Source: Candidatus Latescibacterota bacterium
GTDB taxonomy: Bacteria > Latescibacterota > UBA2968 > GCA-2709665
Assembly (NCBI GenBank): GCA_965219455.1
Contig: OZ244744.1
Location: 2,752,001 to 2,816,000, forward strand
Length of the DNA stretch: 64,000 bases
Direction of reading: 5' to 3'
Both the position numbers and the translations under genes were made by a program. Under the pieces are notes generated by a model that searched no databases, was not told the origin of the DNA, and worked only from the letters and a program-made list of their open reading frames with translations. The stretch's first letter is position 1. Each line of letters starts with the position of its first letter. Below, piece after piece: positions 57,751-64,000 of this stretch.

Positions 57751-60486
57751 ATGAGCGAAACAGGCAAAAAGCTCTACCTGCTGGACGGAATGGCGCTGGT
57801 TTACCGGGCCCATTTTTCCATGATCCGCAACCCCCGCATGTCCTCCACCGGCCTGAATACCTCCACCGTATTCGTGCTCACAAACACCCTGCTGGATATT
57901 CTGAGCAACGCGGACCCCACCCATATCGGCGTTGTTTTCGACACGCCGGAGCCGACTTACCGGCACAAGATGTATCCCGCATACAAGGCTCAGCGCGAGG
58001 CCATGCCTGAGGACCTCAGCATGGCGCTTCCCTATGTTTTCCGCCTGTGCGAAGCGTTCAACCTGCCCGTTGTCAGAGTCCCCGGATGGGAAGCGGACGA
58101 TGTGATCGGAACGCTCGCCAAACAGGCGGAAGAATCCGGCTTTGTCACCTACATGGTTACGCCCGACAAGGACTACGGTCAGCTGGTCTCCGACAGCACC
58201 TTTGTCTGTAAACCGGGGCGCACCGGTGACGAGGAAGTTCAAGGCGTCAAAGAAATCCTGGAAAAGTGGCAGATCGAACGCGTGGATCAGGTAATAGACA
58301 TCCTGGGCCTGATGGGCGACAGTTCGGACAACGTGCCCGGTGTGCCGGGTGTGGGTGAGAAAACCGCTCAGAAACTGATCGGAAAGTATGGAAGCATTGA
58401 AAACCTGCTCGACCACGTGGACGAACTCAAAGGAAAACAGAAGGAACGTGTCGAAGAAAACCGTGAACAGGCGCTGCTTTCCAAGGAACTGGTTACGATA
58501 GACCGCGAAGTACCGCTGGAGGTCAAACCTGACAACCTGGCACGCACGGACTGGAACGAAGAAAAACTGAAAGCTCTGTTTATCGAACTCGAATTCAATA
58601 CGCTTGGTCAGCGCCTGTTTGGTGAAGCGTTCATAGCGGGCCCCACGGCTGCCGCCGACGAGGGTGGAGGCGAAGTCCGAGCCATCGAAGAAGTGGAACA
58701 CGACTACAGGCTGGTGGACACTGTGGAATCTCGCCGGGAACTCATCGCCGCGTTAAGCGAAAAAGAGGCCATCTGTTTCGACATCGAAACCACCGGTCTG
58801 AATCCCAAAACCTGTGAATTGATCGGCCTGGCCTTCTCGTATAAGGCTCACACCGGATTCTACGTACCCCTGCCCCCGATTCAGGAGGAAGCGTTCGAGA
58901 TCCTGGAAGCGTTTCGACCCATCCTGGAGAATCCGGGAATTGAAAAAATCGGCCACCATCTCAAGTTTGATCTCAGCGTGTTGCGCTGGAAGGGCTTTCG
59001 CGTTGCGGGCCCCCTTTTCGACACCATGCTTGCGGCCTATCTGGCGACGCCGGATCTACGCCGCACCATGGACTATCTTTCGGAAGCGCTGCTCGGATAC
59101 CGTCCCATTCCGATTTCCGATCTCATCGGTGAAAAGGGCGAGGACCAGTTGAGCCTGACGGACGTCCCCCTGGATCAGGTAACGACCTATGCGGCGGAGG
59201 ATGCCGATATTACGTTTCAACTCAGCGAAGTCCTCCGGTCCCGGCTTGAAGAAATGGGCCAGGTGCGCGTGTTCAGGGAGGTGGAATGCCCGCTTATTCC
59301 GGCCCTTGTCGAAATGGAATACGAAGGCATCCGTTGTGAGGCCGGCGTGCTCAGTGATTTATCCGAAGGGCTCTCTGGCGAAATCGATCGGGCCAGGGAG
59401 CAGATCTTCCAACTCGCGGGAGAACACTTCGATCTCAACTCCCCCAGACAACTGGGCGACATTCTCTTCGACAAACTCAAACTCGATCCGAATGCCCGCC
59501 GCACTGCAAGGACCAAACAGTACCAGACCACGGAGCAGGTCCTGCGACGGCTGGCGTATAAACATGAAATTGTGGAACAGGTGATGTTCTACCGGATGTG
59601 TACGAAATTGAAATCGACCTACGTCGACCAGTTGCCGGGATCGATCTTCAAACCCACCGGCCGCATCCATACCAACTACGAAGCGGCGGTTGCCGCCACC
59701 GGCCGCCTGCAGTCCCATGGCCCCAACATGCAGAACATCCCGATCCGCACCGAGATGGGCCGGGAGATTCGCAAAGCCTTCGTGCCCAGAGACGAAGACC
59801 ACGTGTTGCTTGCCGCCGACTACTCCCAGATTGAACTTCGCGTCGCCGCCGAACTCAGCGGTGACGAAGCCCTGATGGAAGTTTTCAGGCAAGGCGGAGA
59901 TATCCATACCGCGACCGCTGAAAGAATCTACGGCATCGAAGGGGCGACCGAAGATATGCGGCGGCACGCGAAGACCGTCAATTTCGGTATCATCTACGGC
60001 ATTTCCGCGTTCGGCCTTGCCGATCGCCTGGACATTTCACGCAAGCACGCCGCGGACCTCATCGCCCATTACTTCGATCAGTTTCCGGGCATCAGATCCT
60101 ACATGGACGAAACCATCGAGTTCGCACGCGAAAATGGTTACGTGGAAACGGTCACCGGACGCCGCCGCTATCTGCGGGACATCAACTCCCGCAACGCCAC
60201 CACGCGAAAGGGAGAAGAGCGAAACGCCATCAACTCGCGCATCCAGGGCACGGCCGCGGACATGATCAAACTCGCAATGAGCCATATCCATCGCGAGATT
60301 CTGGAACGAGGTCTCATATCCCGGATGCTGCTGCAGGTCCACGACGAACTGGTTTTCGATATGCATAGAGACGAAGCGGACGTCCTCCCGCCCATTGTTG
60401 AACACGGGATGAAGACCGCCATTCCGATGCAGGTTCCCATCGTCGTTGAGATGGGCACGGGGGCCAACTGGCTCGACGCACACTGA
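57751..60486 (+). CDS. polA: DNA polymerase I
   Basis: LLDG..L.YRA, EADD, GDSSDN, proofreading FDIETT, ADYSQIELR, K.VNFGIIYG, LQVHDEL. Confidence 0.98.
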   Translation: MSETGKKLYLLDGMALVYRAHFSMIRNPRMSSTGLNTSTVFVLTNTLLDILSNADPTHIGVVFDTPEPTYRHKMYPAYKAQREAMPEDLSMALPYVFRLCEAFNLPVVRVPGWEADDVIGTLAKQAEESGFVTYMVTPDKDYGQLVSDSTFVCKPGRTGDEEVQGVKEILEKWQIERVDQVIDILGLMGDSSDNVPGVPGVGEKTAQKLIGKYGSIENLLDHVDELKGKQKERVEENREQALLSKELVTIDREVPLEVKPDNLARTDWNEEKLKALFIELEFNTLGQRLFGEAFIAGPTAAADEGGGEVRAIEEVEHDYRLVDTVESRRELIAALSEKEAICFDIETTGLNPKTCELIGLAFSYKAHTGFYVPLPPIQEEAFEILEAFRPILENPGIEKIGHHLKFDLSVLRWKGFRVAGPLFDTMLAAYLATPDLRRTMDYLSEALLGYRPIPISDLIGEKGEDQLSLTDVPLDQVTTYAAEDADITFQLSEVLRSRLEEMGQVRVFREVECPLIPALVEMEYEGIRCEAGVLSDLSEGLSGEIDRAREQIFQLAGEHFDLNSPRQLGDILFDKLKLDPNARRTARTKQYQTTEQVLRRLAYKHEIVEQVMFYRMCTKLKSTYVDQLPGSIFKPTGRIHTNYEAAVAATGRLQSHGPNMQNIPIRTEMGREIRKAFVPRDEDHVLLAADYSQIELRVAAELSGDEALMEVFRQGGDIHTATAERIYGIEGATEDMRRHAKTVNFGIIYGISAFGLADRLDISRKHAADLIAHYFDQFPGIRSYMDETIEFARENGYVETVTGRRRYLRDINSRNATTRKGEERNAINSRIQGTAADMIKLAMSHIHREILERGLISRMLLQVHDELVFDMHRDEADVLPPIVEHGMKTAIPMQVPIVVEMGTGANWLDAH

Positions 60487-60496
60487 AGGAAGGGAC

Positions 60497-61024
60497 ATGA
60501 ACCCTCCTTTGCCCAACAGCTACTGGGTCCGTCCGGGCCGCTTCGCAGCGGGTGAGTACCCCGGCGACCTGGACCCATGCCAGGCCGCAGCAAAGCTGAA
60601 GGTGCTGCTGCGCGCCGGAATCAACCATTTCATCGACCTTACGGGCGCCGGCGAGCTGCGCCCGTATCGCTGCATTGCGGAACGGGAAGCGCGCCCGCCT
60701 GGCGTGCGTGTGGGTTATGAACAGTTCCCGATTGCCGATGCGGGGGTTCCCCGAAACCCCGAGTGGATGGCCCTGATACTTGACGCCATAGACGCCGCTC
60801 TGGATGACGGCAGGACGGTCTACGTTCACTGCTGGGGCGGCGTTGGCCGGACCGGTACCGTGGTCGGCTGCTGGCTGGTCCGCCACGGCGAGAGCGGAGC
60901 ATCCGCCCTGGAGCAGATCGCCAAGTGGTGGCGGGGCGTGGAAAAGGTCTGTCGCATCCCCGCATCGCCGGAGACCCCCGGCCAGGTGGAGTATGTATTC
61001 AACTGGGTGGAACCCTCCGCGTAA
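60497..61024 (+). CDS. Cys-based dual-specificity/protein-tyrosine phosphatase family protein
   Basis: NSYWV.PG...AGEYP, FPI.D, HCWGGVGRTG (CX5R), PET..Q. Confidence 0.88.
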   Translation: MNPPLPNSYWVRPGRFAAGEYPGDLDPCQAAAKLKVLLRAGINHFIDLTGAGELRPYRCIAEREARPPGVRVGYEQFPIADAGVPRNPEWMALILDAIDAALDDGRTVYVHCWGGVGRTGTVVGCWLVRHGESGASALEQIAKWWRGVEKVCRIPASPETPGQVEYVFNWVEPSA

Positions 61025-61063
61025 ACTGACGTGAATCAGACAAAGGGAAACAAGGAAAACGCC

Positions 61064-64000
61064 ATGCAAAACGAAAAAGCGACCGAAGTCATCGAAACGG
61101 CGATCAAGAAAACAGCAGAGATGAATCCACAGGAGACCGACGGCGCATGGCTTGAAGTCGTCACTGTGGAGTCCGGTCCATTCATCAAAGAATGGGACAT
61201 CGCGAAATGCTGGCATTGGGACGAATGGCCTTATAGAGAGACACACTTCCCGAACACCACCAAGTTAGACGTAGGGATAGATGCGGTAGCCGTACGTCGT
61301 AGTGACGGGGAACATATCGCAGTTCAGTGCAAGTCGCGCCAGCTTGATGACGAGGGGCGTGGTTCCCCGATCCACAACACCGAGGTCGCCAAGTTCGCGG
61401 CTGCGTCTGCTTCAGAATTCTGGGCTGAACGCTGGGTTGTCACCAACGGAGACAATCCACTTGCCAGTGGAGCAGCGCAGTCAGCATCAATGCATGGGAA
61501 GCCCCTCAAACTGGTCAACATCACGAACGACTTGCACCAGCAGTGGCAGTCAATTGCCGCATCCGAGGAGTGCGAGCACTGCACGAATCCTGATAATGAG
61601 GATGCGATTCAGACGAAATCCTGCATGCAAAACGAAGCCGTCGCCAACAGCGTCCGCATACTCAAAGAGCAGGAACGCTCTGAGAGCGCCGGACTGCCGC
61701 TCGGCGAGGCCCGCGGAAGAATCATCCTGCCCTGCGGAACGGGGAAGACTCGCATATCGCTCCGGGTCATGGAAGAACTGACGCCTCCGGGCGAACTGTC
61801 CATCGTGCTGTGTCCTTCCATAGCGCTCGTAGCCCAGATAAGGCGCGAGTATCTGCAAAACACCGCGGTTCCGATAGATGTGCTGGCGGTCTGCTCGGAC
61901 GTTACGGCGGGCTACGATCCCAAGAAAGAGGGCAAGCGCAACGCCACATTCGACCCTACGGTCGATAACAGCAATGTCAGCGCGTCCGAGGTGAAGGGAA
62001 GGGTTACCACCGACGCCGGAGAAATAGCCGATTGGATGCGGCAGAGTGACATCGACAACGGAATCAAGGTTCTCATCGGGACATACCAGAGCAGCGGCAG
62101 GGTATCGGAAGCCCTGCTGAGCGCCGGTGTCAGAGCGCGCGTGATGATTGCTGACGAAGCGCACAGAACGGCGGGACTGAAGCGCAAGAACTCCAAATCC
62201 GCTGCCGCCAATGAAGAAGAAAAGCGTCTTCGTGACTTTACTATCTGCCACGACAGCGACAGGTTTCCCGCAGCCTATCGCGTCTATCAGACAGCTACAC
62301 CGCGCATCTATGACGGCAAGCGCGCCACCGGCAATCCGAACTGGATCGTCCGCTCGATGGACGACGAGACCACATTCGGCGTTGAGCTGTACCGCAAGAG
62401 CTACCTGGAAGCCGTCCGCAACCGTTGGCTGTCCGACTACCGCATTATCGCTATGGGCATCAACGACCCGGAGGCGTTCGAGACGGCGAATATTCTGGCT
62501 AAGAACACCATGAGCAAAGGGCGCGGCAAGCTGACGACCACGGACTACCTGCGCGGCCTGGCGTACGCTCTCACCATGGGCGGAGCGACCCAGGGCGACG
62601 ACGTGGACATCAGGTCGTGCATCGCCTTCATGAATACGGTCGACAAGTCCAGGAACATGGCGGCGGACCTCCAGACCGATAGTGTGAAGGAATGGGTCTC
62701 CCGGTGGCTCGACGAGAACGCGGATGGCAGGGCTGCGTCTGACTACAACCTCGAACACCTGGACGCTTCGAGCAACGCCGCGGCGCGTGAAACCGCGAAA
62801 GGACGGCTTGCCTCCGCCGACGCTGAGAACCCGCACGGCATCATCAATGTGGGCATCTTCGGAGAGGGCACCGATTCGCCGTCTTTGAGCGCGGTGGCGT
62901 TTCTGGAAGCCCGAAAAAGTCCCATTGATGTCGTGCAAGCCGTCGGGCGCGCGATGCGAACCGCGCCCGACAAGGATATGGGCTACATCGTCTGCCCCAT
63001 CCTGATTCCGCCGACCGCCGACCCCGAAAAATGGCTGAGCAACAGCGACTGCGAGGAAGGCTGGAAGGAGCTGGGACAGATACTACTCGCTCTGCGCGCC
63101 CACGATCAGCGCATCGAGGAGAACCTTGAGGAACTCCTGCACCTGTATATCCCCAAACCGCCGCCGGTGGAGCGCACTTTAGTGGCGGTTGCCACCGGCG
63201 AAGGCAATCGCATACAGTACGGCGAAGTCGAAGGTTCTCCCGGCGCCGCGCAGGAAGCGGTCGAACAGGCATTGAAAGGTAAGACCCGCGCCGAGTCCGG
63301 AATACGACGCATAAGCGAAACGCCTGCCGATTTCCAGGCACAAGACAGCGCCAAATCTGCATCAGGAATACCACGTATAAGCGAAACGCCCGTCAATTAC
63401 TGTACAGTGGAGATAACTCAGGTCTTGACGGGAAAGAAGAACGACGACGGAAGCATCGAACTTCGCGCGGATTCCGTTAACCGAGACAAGCCTGACGCTG
63501 GCGAGGCGCGCGGCGTTGTGAACATACAGAAAACCAAAGCCAAAGCTCGGAAGATGATAAATACCGGCGAGGGCGGCATTCGCGTTCAGCCGGGCAGTCA
63601 TCGGAAGCCCCGCAAGACCGCCAAAGAGCGAGCAGAGGAAAAAGGGCAGGTGATGCTCAAGCTGAGCGGGCTGGAAGCGCACGGCAGCGCCATCAAGATG
63701 AACCTCCTTGCGAAGTCCGGGCTGAGCGACAATCGCGTGATGCGCGACCTGAACATACTGGAAGCGAGCGTCACCGAAGCCGCGCATCATATGCGCGCCG
63801 ACGGACTGTTGACTGCGCTGAACCGGCACTTCGGACTGGACAGGCTCAAGAAGACGGACAAAAAACAGGCGGACGGGTGCACGGTAGCCGCTCTTCTGAT
63901 GATGAACGCCGCCATGTTGCACCAGCGTATCGCCAATGGCGGCTGGCTCTCGGGCATCAGCGACCTCTCGCTCGTTAAGAACGAGGTCAACGTCGTTCGG
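61064..64000 (+). CDS. Type ISP restriction-modification enzyme (Mrr-like nuclease plus SF2 helicase), partial
   Basis: Absent from the ORF track because no stop falls in the window; translated by hand: DVGIDAVA..IAVQCK, LPCGTGKT, CPSIALVAQ, VCSD, TYQS, DEAHRTAG, TATPR, EGTDSPSL, DVVQAVGRAMR. Confidence 0.88.
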   Translation, partial: MQNEKATEVIETAIKKTAEMNPQETDGAWLEVVTVESGPFIKEWDIAKCWHWDEWPYRETHFPNTTKLDVGIDAVAVRRSDGEHIAVQCKSRQLDDEGRGSPIHNTEVAKFAAASASEFWAERWVVTNGDNPLASGAAQSASMHGKPLKLVNITNDLHQQWQSIAASEECEHCTNPDNEDAIQTKSCMQNEAVANSVRILKEQERSESAGLPLGEARGRIILPCGTGKTRISLRVMEELTPPGELSIVLCPSIALVAQIRREYLQNTAVPIDVLAVCSDVTAGYDPKKEGKRNATFDPTVDNSNVSASEVKGRVTTDAGEIADWMRQSDIDNGIKVLIGTYQSSGRVSEALLSAGVRARVMIADEAHRTAGLKRKNSKSAAANEEEKRLRDFTICHDSDRFPAAYRVYQTATPRIYDGKRATGNPNWIVRSMDDETTFGVELYRKSYLEAVRNRWLSDYRIIAMGINDPEAFETANILAKNTMSKGRGKLTTTDYLRGLAYALTMGGATQGDDVDIRSCIAFMNTVDKSRNMAADLQTDSVKEWVSRWLDENADGRAASDYNLEHLDASSNAAARETAKGRLASADAENPHGIINVGIFGEGTDSPSLSAVAFLEARKSPIDVVQAVGRAMRTAPDKDMGYIVCPILIPPTADPEKWLSNSDCEEGWKELGQILLALRAHDQRIEENLEELLHLYIPKPPPVERTLVAVATGEGNRIQYGEVEGSPGAAQEAVEQALKGKTRAESGIRRISETPADFQAQDSAKSASGIPRISETPVNYCTVEITQVLTGKKNDDGSIELRADSVNRDKPDAGEARGVVNIQKTKAKARKMINTGEGGIRVQPGSHRKPRKTAKERAEEKGQVMLKLSGLEAHGSAIKMNLLAKSGLSDNRVMRDLNILEASVTEAAHHMRADGLLTALNRHFGLDRLKKTDKKQADGCTVAALLMMNAAMLHQRIANGGWLSGISDLSLVKNEVNVVR

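Overview
GC-rich bacterial chromosomal window. PorV-family and DUF5683 proteins, three PhyH dioxygenases and a DUF6785-type membrane protein suggest an FCB-superphylum organism such as a Latescibacterota/Gemmatimonadota-like MAG (inference only). Contents in order: a cytochrome c maturation operon (ccmE-F-H-two accessory genes-A-B-C-D, with a CxxxY-type CcmE); a long minus-strand run (PorV-like, site-2 protease, deacetylase-like, tgt-yajC-fmt, an internally deleted yugP-like gene, kdgK-eda-ROK, aminotransferase, SDR, hydrolases); a ~12 kb catabolic cluster of mostly uncharacterised genes; a ~3.2 kb AT-rich islet between a Gfo gene and proS (three lipoprotein-like ORFs, one intact and one decayed DUF2188 gene, a divergent ClpP-like protease, and an exactly duplicated 28-bp terminator); proS, UbiD, a PhyH-HEAT fusion, dsbD, a TRAP transporter and polA; and finally a CX5R phosphatase followed by a Type ISP restriction-modification gene that runs off the window end. 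Two clear MITE-like elements and several REP-like palindromes sit in intergenic gaps. No rRNA, tRNA or CRISPR array was seen. All family calls come from motif recognition by eye, without database searches.
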